Positions 1 through 14,200 of a DNA stretch of 64,000 bases are shown piece after piece. Each line of letters starts with the position of its first letter. Position 1 is the stretch's first letter. The notes beneath the pieces were generated by a model. The model made no database searches, was not told the DNA's origin, and worked only from the letters and a program-made list of their open reading frames with translations. Position numbers and translations under genes: made by a program. Source of the stretch: Bugula neritina (Eukaryota > Animalia > Bryozoa); the NCBI GenBank assembly GCA_964035545.1, contig OZ037771.1, positions 6,729,190-6,793,189 on the forward strand, read 5' to 3'.

Positions 1-2255
1 CCAAGACATAATGCTTGCCTCACCTGTCTGCGTATACATTTCACTCTTAGTAATTTGTGTAACTTGTAATTTCCTAAAGTCTGATTTAAGCCACTTGTTG
101 TTAAATTCATCACGCAGAGACAGTATAAATTTATAATGAGATCTTCTTACATAACTTGATGTTATCGGTTTTATAGCTCTTGAGAAGGCAGGTTTACACG
201 TACATTATAGCCTTTAGTAGGAATATGATATTTATAACTGACTGCAGGGAACTTTTAGTTAGTGGGTCAACAACTACATATTATATACCATTACTTTTGG
301 TATTCTAGCTGAGCAAGCTACAGTATAGTACATTTCTATAGAACTCATAGAGATAAAGTCCGTTTATAAGATCATGCAAACCTTTGTTTTAAAAACGATG
401 ATCGTAATGATGGTATAAATTTCATAAGCTTTAAAATGTTTCATCAGGTTTAGTAGAACATAATAAATTTGGATAGGAAAAACGCTAGTTTACCGTTTTA
501 CTGCCAAACTGAGTAGCGAAATGCTTTCAACTTATATTTCAGAATTTGGACCACCAAAATAGATAAGCAATAACTGAGTCAGAGTATAAACTATAAAATA
601 ATAAGGAAAAATCTGTTACCAGATAGTTGAACAGTCTTGGAACACTAATGATGGAATGAAGAAAAATTTTGCTAAAAATACCTGGATTTAAATGGACACT
701 TCCATATACTTGAATATAGCAAGTACAATTTACTATATAGCAAGACTGTAGTTATAGCAGAGCTGCTAGGGTTACACATGCAGACACTGATACTGCTATA
801 TATGTCACCCTGCATGTGTAGTTGATTAACTGAGCACTTGAAAATTGACCTTCCTTGACTGTTTTCTCAAAAACTCTGGTTCATCTTTTGCCATTTTCAG
901 GTTTAGGGATGATTGCTGCAGTAGTTGATAAGCAAAATTCTGAACAAAGAACCATGTGAGCATAAATTATTACAGTCACTTATTACTAAGCCTTTTAATA
1001 TCAAAGGAAATGTCTTTAATTTTGACGTATTTCACTGATGACTAGATATTTTCAGTGAAGCCTAATGTAGCTTGGCAACTTTTATACGTCTACAAATTCA
1101 TCATTGTCATACACATGTAATATTACTTGCCAGATTTAAAAAAAATTGCCTAATTATATTTCATTTTTTGTGCATAATAACTTTAACTTAGCAGCTTGTA
1201 TATCATGAGAGTGTTTATGTTTATAACACTGAAAGTTGCCAGGAGCCACTAATGCAAACACACATGATTCTGGTAACTGTACATCCGTGCTTATAATGCA
1301 CACGACTTATTGTTACATTACATCAAATCAGACAAATTACACTGTTTTTGGTTACATATGCATTTTCGTTATATACTGGTTTTTCAAAGCTGGCTTTACA
1401 ATATGTCTGTTATAGTCCGGTTCCATACTAGAATTTTTATGTTTTATATAAGAATCTTCTTTAGACATGAGTGAAAACAAAATAGTTATTAATTTGAGCT
1501 GTCAGTAGAAATACCAGCATGTTTTCAAAGTTATCGTCTCAATGCTGTTGGATGCCGAGCAAATTGCTGAACTGTAATTGAAGATTGAAACTTGCCATAT
1601 ATAATGTTATTTTATTGTCCAGCACTAAGTTCTACATAACTAATTTTTTGCAGACGCAAATCGATTTGAGAAAAGAATCACGCAATATAATAATGACAAA
1701 ATAACAAACTTATAGCTTGGTAGGTGCCAGGCGTGTTGGTATAAAATAATAACTTAGAATTATGGATGCATTACTACTGTGTTAATAAAAGTACAGTTAC
1801 ATGCAGCATAAAATAATAAATAGCTGAAGTTTGGGGTATAAACTGTCAACATGATTAATTATTGTTCATGTTGAAAAACAATTAGTCTGGAGTTGTCTTT
1901 CAAACCAACAAATCCTAATGACATTATGTTTGAAAATGAAGAAAGCTCATTGGCTAAGCAGAGGAGGAGCGATGAGTCATTGCGAAGTCTACCGTTGCTT
2001 GCACTGTTTGACTTACAGACGAACACTGCAGACGATCATTCAGACATTAGTAAGCCTTCATCGCTAATCTACCCGCACATCCTACGGGACACAACAATCA
2101 CTAGGCTCCTCTGCTTCCAAGAACTCTGAGACTGGACAGTATCAACAACTCCTTACTCCACACTCACGAGAATATTTGAGAAGAAAAGCTTCTTGCCTAA
2201 TAAAAGTTGATTGCTGTTTGTTTGCTGTTGGCCGTAGAACTAGGAGATCGGCAGC

Positions 2256-5200
2256 ATGGTGCGCCTTCTACCTACGGATTTTAGTTCTCTGTACTCGGTG
2301 TTTCTCATAATGAGTACCCAGTACATTGTCAGCTGTTCTGCCAGCTCTAAGCAATGTGCTGAAGTAAGAACTGCATATGTCAACATGGGCTTTAGTCCCA
2401 TAGATGTTCCACAGCATAGTCTAGCTTTGCAAGGTAAGTTTTACTTTTATCAATTTCAATAATAATATGATTATATGCATGTAGATATATTATTTTAATA
2501 AATAATGAGCTCAGTATTCTAATTATATGCTAATGTTATATTTATAGTTATTAAAAAAATTATATTCTTTTTAGAGTTGGGTTGCTATACTAATACATTT
2601 GCATTCAGTTATTCACATTGAATTGATTATTAATATATAACGGGCTGCTAATCGTAGTACAGATGGGTGAACTATATAACTATATAAATGGCTACATATT
2701 TAAGCTGGTAGTCCAACAAAATATTCCATGGTGATGGCTGCGGTTTTAATTCCCAAATTAATGACCAAAACTCATACCAAAGTTAATCGTATAGCACACA
2801 CCAAGTCCTATGTACTGGTGTGAGAGGTGATACTTTAATAGAATATTACAAAAATAGTCAGCAATATTTTTCTCAACACAAATATACTGATAAATTCAGC
2901 TTCAATGTGTATCACGTTGCCACCTTGTAAATTTACACTCTAGGATATATACTACATATAGGCTATAGCCAGCTTACTTACAGTAAGCTGCGCTAGTGCA
3001 GTTTTTGTATTGGAATGAAACTGAAAGAGCTGAGAAAAAATATTGTCCTACTTCAACAATTCCCTCATGTTTGGAAGGTTTCCCTGGCAAACAAGATTGT
3101 ATTGCACTAAATGTACACTCCTCCATCCTTATTTATATGCTGGCTGCTCAGTGATGTGCCATGTTGAGCAGGTGCTTCGAATATGTGCTGTGCTCCTTAT
3201 GCAATATCAGCATGACAGGTCCATAGATTGTAGAATACTACTAGGGTGTAAAAATCACAAAATCTGGTGAAATTTTTTCAAGCACCATCTAAAATTATTC
3301 AAAATATTTTATCTACTACTCACTAATGTGCATGCTTAGACCAAGCACCCACTTTACAGTGAACATTCAGAGTTGAGAGTACACTCGCCAGAATTGTTTC
3401 AAGAATTAGGGCCATCCCACACAATTATTTGGTTGAAAATTATATGTTTGAAGGGTCAACCTCAAACTACAAGTTATAAAATCTAGCTTGCAGTCAATAA
3501 AACCTAGACTGCGGTCTATGGAGAAGCGATCATTTACAATCTTTGGAAGAATATTATAAATCTCAATTTGAGTAGCTCCATAGCATAAAAAGGTGGAGGA
3601 ATGCATAGCTTAGCAGAGGTATAATTATGCCGGTTTGTCAAATTTAAAAAGGGCTCAATATTTACCAATCATTTGAGGGTTTTTAATATTGTCAAATCAA
3701 CCCAACTCCAAATCAAAAGATATAAATTCAATATAACAGTTACAGCAGCACAATAATTACCCACACATGGCTTGGCCCGTTGATTGTAACAGCTATGTAG
3801 AGTTTTCATAATATTATTGTGAATGGCAGCTCTAGTTATTTCGTTAAGTTAGTGCCTGCATAAACTGGTTGCTTTCATGGCAGTTTATTCATTGTATGGA
3901 AAATAAATATTGTCCAAGATTCTTTAGTTAATAAAATTCGTGACTTTTCAAGAGGACTCAAAAATGAATGCGCAGTGTACCACTAATAGAATCAATATGG
4001 CTCATACAAATGTATGCAAATACAAACATAGTTGTATTGTTCTGCCAACTGAATGAGTTTAATTTACTCAGATTTCTAACAGCTTGCTGTTCAATTGAAA
4101 TTTATTACATAATGATATATCTCGTATTACAATGCTGTTGCGCCACAATGTTTAGGCTTATCTGATTACTTAATCATTAAGTAAATCAGTTTTGATGTAA
4201 GATTTTTATCTTCGCAACTGTTTTTCTATAAATTTTGAGTCTATATATTTTGGCTTCACACTCCTAAATATTCCCTGGCTACACCTCATGCATATATGCC
4301 ATGCACTGATCATGGAACCATAGGCTATGCATGAGCTCTCGGGTAAAGGAGGTGCTCACTTTGTATGTTATGTAGGGAAGAAAACAACTACCAGCCTTCT
4401 CTTGTGCTGGAAATGCCAAGTTTTCTAGATATAAGAATGTTTGAGAAGGAATCTTTCTGTGTAGTTGAAGCACTAAATACCAACAACTGCAGCAACATTA
4501 AATCTTAGCCGTTAAGGTCAATAGTACTTGAGGCAGTACTACTGTCGGGTATATAAACAGCTCACTTTGCTCTATCAACAAATATTTTTCTCCTCTCATA
4601 TCTAAGTTAAGGGTTTTCCTAGCAACAGATTATTATTAGCATTTGCTAAGTATACAAAGATAAATAATACGTAGTTATTCTAGCTACTCACGTTTGTGAT
4701 ACCATCAGTTCAATTAAATTTTAGTATTTTTATACACGCACACCCCAGACTGGTTTGTGGTCGTTTGGCATTTGTAACTGCCAATTAACTCAGCTCTCTT
4801 AGATAATCTCATATGTTCTCAGCATATACAATGTGATAACCAAGCTACCACAGTATAACTATAAAAAAGCAGTCAATTTATTATAATATAATGTGACAAA
4901 TCAACATCTTGAATTTGTGATGATCAACACTGCTGGGTAAATGTCACTCTATCTGTGTACTTGTAAGAAGTTTACATACAGTAGTTTACATGAATTTCAG
5001 CTCACTTGCTGTAGAATGTCACCAGTTGTCTATATGTTGTTGAGTTGGCTAGTCAGGTGCTAGCAGGTCAGGTAGAAGACTGACCTGTTAGCACCTGTTT
5101 AACAAGTAATCTGCAGACCTGCAGTATTTAATGTCAACCTGTTACTGTTTTGCAATCTTTAGCCTCAAAACTGGTCAATTAAATATTCAAAACTGCAAAA

Positions 5201-8200
5201 AAGAATGTAATTTATATTCATAACATTTCATAACATTTACCTGGATACAGAGGAACAAGTACAGCACTGAGTAAGGTCAAGCTCTGCTCTCAGCACCCCT
5301 GCTTATCCCAGTTGTCAGATTGATGTGCTCTGTTATTTGTTAAAACATCATAAACCTATCCACAGCCAACATCTCAGTTACCTCAACTGGTATACTTTTT
5401 ATGGCAGTGAGTTCATGTTGCTGTTATGTGTTTTCTTCTCTACCATTTACTTTTGTCGTGGTCATACTGCAGGCTTATATACCTGATATTGTATGAGTAT
5501 AATTTCTTATTATATAACTATATACGTAGCCTAATTTTGTTAATTTTAAAGTCATATTTTCAACAACTCCCTAGTTCATGCAGCCTTCCTATATGATTAT
5601 GTTATAGAATAGTTAAATTCCTCACCAAACCACTTGAATTAGTCTATTATATTTTTAAGACACATTTTAATCCTAAAAGTGATCTCATTTTAAAGAAAAA
5701 TAGCATCAATTGTAAATAGGTGTGTAATTTCGGTTTGGGTGGCTGATATTAATGTTTTCATCCAATTTGATTGATCTTAGTCTAACTTATCACCCATTCT
5801 TTTTATAACATTAACAAGTATATTATACGTCTCTTTGGCCACTAGCTTTTATCTAGAATCTACTATAGAGCTTCATTGTAAGACCTATGTTCTCTTCCTT
5901 CAATTGTTTGTTTCATGAACTTTAAGGCTTATGCGTTTAAAAGCTGAAAAGGAATGAGAAGAAGCAAATGATAAGAAGACTTAATGTTATTAGTTTTACC
6001 ATAAGTGAAATACATTAGGATGGGAGAGAGATATTGCAGATGGAGCATGCCCTAATCTCTATTCTTTAGTGCACTTCATTCAGTGTTTAAAGCATATTAG
6101 GTACTTTTAAATATAAGCAAATGAATTATTTGTAATATTATTGCTAAACACTAATTAACAGAAATATTCTTTTCAATACCCTCTTAGCTCCGCTTGAAGT
6201 GTTATATCAATCAGCTTTGGTAATGACTTGTTGTTAACATGCTAGAATAGACATGCCCAGACCATTAGCTTGAATTCCTTACTCAACAGCTGACCAAACA
6301 TTTTCAATCACTCAACTCAGATTTTCTTAATTCTTTGTTATAAGAGGTTAAAAAAATATGTTCCGATCTTAATAAGTAGGTCCACTCTAAGTTATTATAC
6401 AGTACAGCAACACATTGTATTCGGCTTAGTCTCAATAATTTACAAGACAGTAGTTCCGATCCCATAGAATGAAATAATTATCTCCTTGCATCAAGATTAG
6501 TGTAGTTTGCATAAACCTGTGTCAAACATGCTTAAATCATATCAGTATAGATTAGATATACAGTATTCATCGTTCACCTCTGCAGACTCAAGCTGAAAGC
6601 TCCTCTTGTTCTACTGTTTGTTTTATTTCAAGAGATTTACTCTAGAGCCTGATGAAAGGTTGACAAAGCACTCAACTTGTTGGCATATCAACAAAAAGCC
6701 TTTCAGCTCTCTCTACTAACATTCTTATCATAAGGAGGCATGACTCATTCAGGCCTGCGACTGACTCAGTCACAAATTAGCTCCTCTGCTACCAACTCAC
6801 CCATTCTCCAGGTTTATGTAATTTTTATGTTATTAACAAAATATGTAATCATGGAAATGCCTTTATCATTTTATTACCTCAAGAAATTTATGAATAACAA
6901 GTTTATCAAAGCAAAGGAGTAATAAAATAGAAGTGGTGCCAAAAAAACATTTCAATTTGTAGTTCATATAGCAACTGTTTGCACCATTATTATTATAATA
7001 TAACATGGCACATCATAGGCTACTTACATGTAAGCATTCATACCATAGGCTGTTTATATGTAAGCATGTATTCTATAGGGTACATATATTATGGAGGTTT
7101 GTATACAATAGGCCATAGAGTCTGTTCAACACAAGCTGTTGGAATAAATGATCAAGTCTAGAGAAATTATAAGCCTCACCACCACATCATCAATCACATT
7201 GGTGCCACCATGCTTTTCACTCCAACTTCATTGCAATGAATAATGATTGTTTTTACTACACACAACTTCTAATTGATTATTCTGAAATAAAATAGAGCCA
7301 GTTCATTGTGGCAGTTATTCAAGCACAAACACACCTCAGGTAAATAGAGTGGACAGCATGCTGTCATAATGTGAGGGCCAGTTGATTATGAGGGCCAGTT
7401 TGTTCTGAGGGCCAGTTTGTTCTGAGGGCCAGTTTACTGTGAGGGCCAGTTTACTGTGAGGGCCAGTTTACTGTGAGGGCCAGTTTGTTCTGATGACCAG
7501 TTGACTGTGAGGGGCAGTTTACTGTGAGGGCCAGTTTGTTCTGAGGGCCAGTTTACTGTGAGGGCCAGTTTGTTCTGAGGGCCAGTTTGTTCTGAGGGCC
7601 AGTTTACTGTGAGGGCCAGTTTACTGTGAGGGCCAGTTTACTGTGAGGGCCAGTTTACTGTGAGGGCCAGTTTACTGTAAGGGCCAGTTAACTGTAAGGG
7701 CCAGTTTACCATGAGGGAAATCACTGAATACGAGATTTGTTGTGTAGGCAGAGAGGAGAAGCAGCCATCAGTCATGAGTAAGAGCAGCTGGTGCTAACAT
7801 GCACTATCAGCAGTTGTAGGGCTTCTTGTTATGGCACAAGGTGGCTGTGGTGGTAGATGAAGTGGTATGAACTACTTGGAACTGGCGTAAACTGTGCAGT
7901 CTTCAGTTATTTTCATAATTTATGAGTTTAACAAAACAAAACGACTCAGTATTCAAACATGTTGAACTTAGAAATGAGGTAAATGGTATAATATGCATTT
8001 AGTATGACGTTTAGCTGTGATATTATGCAGGTACGCAATGAGCAATACCTACTCCGAGTCTTGTAAAGCAAAACTAATGATTCTCTGATAAATCTAGCGT
8101 AGGTGACTCAGCTATATTCACATAACACAAAAGATTTGCAATCAATTTAGTCGTAAATATAAAATAATTCTCAGTCATCACGCCTTGATTACCGTTGTGC

Positions 8201-11200
8201 TGATTATTCATACAAACTCTAGTGAAAGTCAATAAAGAAAACTGATGGAAAGCAAATGAATCGATTTTTTTAGGTAGTTGATATTTTAGTAATTTTTTAT
8301 TCCCAGAAAATAGCTTTTTACTCACTTTAATTCTCACCTATCTCCACTTTGTCCTGTTTGAGTAGCGGTACTCAATTTAATGTATTTTAAAAATAACATT
8401 CAATTATGGAATTTTTACACTCTAGAAATAGAAACTCTTTTACTGTAATATTTATCTACATGCAAAATTTTAAGTTAATGATGTTTTACTATTCAATTAG
8501 TTGTAGCAACACATCTAAACATTGGAGGGTAAGATTATTTAGAGCAGTTTGGGATTCACATATGTATGCCAGTCAAAGAAAGCTGCACTTTTTTATGCTA
8601 TCACTATAATTTAATATTAATTATACTGCCAAACTATTCATATAAATATTAAACACTTTTGTTTTATTGGTTGCTGTTTAGTTGCTATACTTGTTAACAT
8701 TGTTTATTTATTTTACACTATTATACTAGTATGTTGTATGCTTTGAATTAAATAACTCTCAAGATCAATACAACTGTATGTGGAATATTGGTTTGATTTA
8801 TTTAAATATAAATAAAGTAAAAATAAACTGGTTTTCGTTGATCTATTTTTAAAGAATTTATTAGCTCAGATAGTTTATTCAAATAACCCAAGAACATTTC
8901 ATTCTCTATTTCAATTTATATTACCTGAGCCTAGATTTTTTAAATTCCTAGGCTGTGAATCTGCATTATATGTGGTTAACCGTAATCTTGAATATTGAAA
9001 TATTTTTGGTGATGGTCAAATTCTCCAGAAACTGTAATGCCTTTAGTAATGATGAATTACTTGGCTCTCAATCTGCCTGTGGAGTCTTCTTCTTCTACAA
9101 GGTGTAAGTTGGTGTTTGTTTCAGCCTCTGACCTGGCCATCTGCCCTCCTGGACTGAGTTGCTGCAGCAGAGACATGGAACTGCAGTTGTTTGAACATAG
9201 TGAGAAAGTCTACCAGCAACTCTTCACCAATGCAACTGAGAAATATAAGGAGCAACTGGTGACAGCCACTACCGAATTGCACGGTATGCTATGTATTGCA
9301 GATATAAATACGTTGCTTTGAAACTGTTTTGAACTTTTCTTAGTGTAGCTCTTATGTAAACCTCATCAAATTTACCTTTGGTCACGAAATTTTGCGTTAC
9401 TACTAAAAACCTGTTCTTTTTTCTACTAAGCTGTGTTAGTGTGGTTATAGGCTTTGACACATTTAATATTCGTCCATCTCATCCTACCTTTTTATTGCTC
9501 TCTGCAAGTTGGCTACTTTTAGATTTCCATCTTACAGAATGTTAAGCATGTCTACCACACATTAACTTCATTTGATAGCTTGTGTTGCCATGGCAACTGT
9601 CTAATCTCCAGTGCTCAGATACATATACATCATCACCTTTATCATTATTCTACATATTTTTACTTATCAACATGTCTACCCTTGCCTTTAATTATACAGC
9701 TGTGTCTCAGACTCATTCGCAGCAGACACCATCGTCTGTTCACAGCTGCAGTTGTTTAAAAATGAGAGAAAAATGTTCAATTCGATTTAAGAAAATAAAA
9801 AGGAACTATTGATACTGTAGCCATGTTTGTTTGCTGGTAGTTTGTATTTATATGATGTAGTCGATAGCTGGGGTAGAGAAACATAGTCCTGGGGCAAAAC
9901 TAGCATAATATACAACTGCCAATAAATATGGGAGTATAACTTGAAAGTCATTAGAATATGCAGTGTCAGGTGAATAGTGACGAAATTAATTTAATAGTGC
10001 CTGTATTTATTGCTTCAAATCTATGCTGAGTTTTCTGGTACTATAATTGATTAATTTTTTGGAACAGCAGTATATATTTTCATCAAGAAAAAAAGGTCGT
10101 TAAGCACACTATTTAATTTATCCTGTAGAAAAATTTGCCTAATCTTCCATTTTTCGTATTTATTCTAAACTCTCATGAAATTTTATGATTTGTGAAGTTG
10201 AATAAAAAGTAAAGATTGATAAGTATGTAGTATTTCATTAATTGGAAAACCTTTAAAAATAGCTGAATCTTTACCTTTACATTTATTTCTTTAATTTTTT
10301 TTATCTTTTCTCATTTCATATGTTTACAAGACTGTGGCCTATAAGACAAATTTCAAGCTCAATTTGGTTTACCATTTCATAGCCAACAGAGGGTGCTTTA
10401 TTGACATAAAACCAACAAATTATTGACTCATGAAATTCGTTGCATTCTGAATTCAAATTACTTTTGTTTGAAAACAAACTAAAAGACATGGTGTGTATTT
10501 TATCGCTTTTGACTTTTATTGCAGGCCCTTAGCTATCACCTGATATGATAATGCTGCTATTACAGTTAATATTGATTAGAAGATATTTTGCTAATAGTTT
10601 GTTAGTTTTGACTATCACTGCTATGTCTCAAGTGTTGGCTATTTGATTATTCTATTTAAGGACCAGTACTGCTTGAAGGTAGTTGAGTTGAGTATGAGCG
10701 GATAAGTATAATTCTAATCAATACAATAAATGCCAAAATCTGTTCACAAAAATTTACCACAGCACTCGGATGGGAAGTATCAACATGTGCACGGGTACTG
10801 TTTATATGCACATTTTACACATCACGTCCTAAACAAAATGTTGATGTGTTAATTGATATGCATTGTACAAAATTCATATCTCTAAAGCTAGAGTTGTCCC
10901 GCATTATAGCAACGATTCAAGTTTCAACATTAATTATTTACTATAAAATGATACAAGGTATTGCCTAAATGTTAATAAGAAAATAAAATGCGCTTCTAGT
11001 GCCCCTCTTTGCTGAGTAATGTCACTTGCGGACAGGATGCTGTCTAGGCTTCCACACTCAGCTTAGTGGCATCGAGCAGTAATCAAAGCAATATATTAGG
11101 GACAACTCCCACTATAAAATAATCCAATGGAACAGCCTTTACCTTTCATTCTAGATGTATAAACTGTCACTAGCTGTCCAAAAATTTTAGGATCTAGGCT

Positions 11201-14200
11201 TAGGCACAGGGTAGAGAAGAGTAGAGTTGGTGAAAGTATAGTTATATATAGACAAGAGTAGGTGAGAGTAGAGTAGGGTTATAGGCAAGAATAGGTGAAT
11301 GCAGAGTAGAGCTGTAGATTAGTGCTGAAAGTAGATTACAGTTGTGGAAGAGAGGTGGAAGTAGAGTAGAGCTATGTAAGCAGAGGTTTCTTTTATTTAG
11401 TGCCCATTACCACTGCCTAAGCTAAGGAAAACTGCTATTTCTCAATTGTCAGCATAACAACTAAGGTTCACTCTGGGGTTCTTCTACCAAAGATGTCTTC
11501 AATCATAGTTGTTTTGTGCGCAGACAGTGTACCATCTCTAGGGAAATTGTCAACCCAGAAAAATTCCCTGATGACCAGAAAAATCAAATGTCTGGCATTC
11601 CCAATACTAGCCTTAGGATTATAGCCATAATAGTTGTATAGCTAAATGACATGATGCTGTATAGTGATAATATTTACCTTTTGGGCGAATCAAGAGTTAG
11701 GTATAAGTGTATTGATCAGCTTATCAGTATCAGTTCTGTTTAGTCATGGACTGTGACAGTGGGTGGTTATATTCTTCAATATCAAAAACTCTAGTGAATT
11801 ATATTCATTGATTCATAAGAAACAGATAGCCCCAAAATAACAAATACTTGTGTACTTAGAGCTGTTGAGAAATTCTTTGGGGGGAGGGGGGTCGGTGATG
11901 AGGTGGGAGGGGGATCGGATGATGAGGTGGGAGGAATGGTGTTTGTTTACTTGACCTGGCATTTTGAGACTCATTGCAGTGGTTACCTAGCTACTCTGTC
12001 AACTAAAGTGCTCTGTTTACATTGTTACAAGTGTAAATGATATTGTCATCTTTTTGAGTCATGTATGGTGCAATGTTTCTGTTTGTACTTGGCATATTAA
12101 TTTAGGCTAAAGTTATCATCATTTAGAAAGGTATAGAGTATGTATTTACACACTGACTCATGTTTATACCATCTCTTCTTTTTAAGTTTTAGCTCCAAGT
12201 TTTGATACTGTTTAGTATCAGCAAATTTTGCTTTCAAAAAATTCTCCAGATTTCCGCCCTAAAGATGCAGTGATTGTGAGACAGCGCCATAAGCAGACAT
12301 AAAATGTCACCAGCTTTTGTGGTTCGGCAATCCTGCCTGTGTTTGAAATCATATTTCAAATGTGATTAACCCAGTGTACTTTGAGAAAAAAGATTTGTAA
12401 CAATATCTTTTGTGCAAGTGGGAGTCTAGTGAATGAAAGATAGAAATCTATATGCATGTTACTAAGTTAAATAGTGTTAGGATGTTTGTTTTACAGCACG
12501 AAGAAACAGTATAACGTTAGTTGGGTTTTTAGAACTTGTAAGGAAAGCCACTGAAGTAGTTGATCAACACGGATTAGCATTGGCTTACATTTAGTATAGA
12601 GGATGGCAAATTAGTTATTTACCTAGAGTAATTATTAGCATTCCAAGTGATATAGATCATAGACTGGACAACCCAGGATCTAGCAAGGCAGCGTTTGCTT
12701 TGTGTTACCATAGATACATATTATTGTGAGCAATGTTGGCATGTTTGGAAATCAACATATTGTAGACAACCATGAAATTTTCCAAAATGACTGCTTGCAC
12801 CATTATAATGCAACAATAAATGCACTTTCTAGTTTATAATGGGATGACAATTTCAAATTGGAATACAATTTCTACAGCTGGTTTAAGGGAAACATAATTA
12901 GTAAGGATTGTGAATAATAAATATTCAATTGCTTTGTGTTATTTAAATACGTATGTTGTGACCAGTTTCGTTAAAGTATATGTAGTTTTACGACATTAAG
13001 ATGTGACTCAAACTGTTGATACAGCAGAAGTAGAGAACACCTTAAAGACTGTTAATGTTATCGCATCACTTCTGCTGCGATAAGCAGAGTCAATATTTCA
13101 CTCAGCTTGTCACCGCTTTTCTATGCTAATGTATCTTGAAGCATCCGTGACTCACATTATACATCTTTAGAGGAATAAATCATGAATGAATGCAGACAAA
13201 CATTGTGATTAAATCGCAATAAACATTAGGATTATGAAGGCTTTGGGAGATTGTATTAAAGCATGTGTGTGTATATATATACAACGTAGCTGAGAGCAAG
13301 TAATTTTATGCGTTGCTTTTAGTGCTTAAAATACAGTAAGCCTGAAATAGATGTGGATGCAAATCAATTCATTGTAACAGGAAGCTAGATCTCTCTTTTA
13401 TATTCTATCCACCCCTGTCTCTTAGATTCACATCTTTCTTATGCCAGGATCATCAAAAAGCTTCTTAAACTTGTCAATTGTATTTACTGTAAGATTGGAA
13501 ACAACTGCTTAACTAGTATTTAGAAATACTTGCATGGATGATGTTATAATCTGGATTAAATTCTATGCCTTCACAACTGGTAGCTTTGGTCTTTGTGTAT
13601 TTGCTACTATAAGTATTTGTTTAAAATCTAACATCAGAGCAGCTGATTTTACCACATAAGATAACCAGGTGATGGTTGTCATATGCCTTCTAACATACTT
13701 TGGTAGATGTGAAACAAAAAAGATTGCAGGGCCACTTTCCTCCGCATTGATCTAGATTTAATGGTTGACATTTCACTACAGTATGCAGTTATAAATAACA
13801 TTGTATAGTATAACAAGAATTGTATTAGAAAAGTGTTTTATAATTTCAACAATAAAAGAACCATTCAATACTACAGCATATTTTTCCTCTCATTTCTAAA
13901 AATATTTAAATTCAGAGTGGCAAATAGTCGAGTAGGTTTTTCAAGTAATTAAATCTCCTTGTGGTAATTTGAACTAGTTAATTGCTCATAGCTCCTAGTT
14001 GAATCACAAATACTTGGTAATATTCAAACCAGAGGCAATTAGAGGTTAGGAGAAAGCCTTGAAAACCTTAAGATGTAGCCTAAGTTCTCAATGCAACCTA
14101 AGCAAGTGGCGGGCTATAGTTCTGTTTCCTCGGTTGCCAGCAGTCAGCTATTTTGTGGACAACACATGATTGTTTTCAGGGTGCAAGGGGAATAGTTTTG

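Noticed and set aside
1893-2129. 78-aa ORF upstream of glypican, and other short ORF-track entries with non-ATG starts
   Set aside because: No recognisable motifs or supporting splice structure; most are chance or antisense ORFs.
7371-7716. Possible CRISPR-like array (also 60362-60493 and 63144-63661)
   Set aside because: Head-to-tail repeats with no unique spacers, no cas genes, and a eukaryotic context.
10893-11108. Possible TIR element (GAGTTGTCCC ... GGGACAACTC)
   Set aside because: Only about 10 bp of perfect inverted repeat, no TSD and no second copy.
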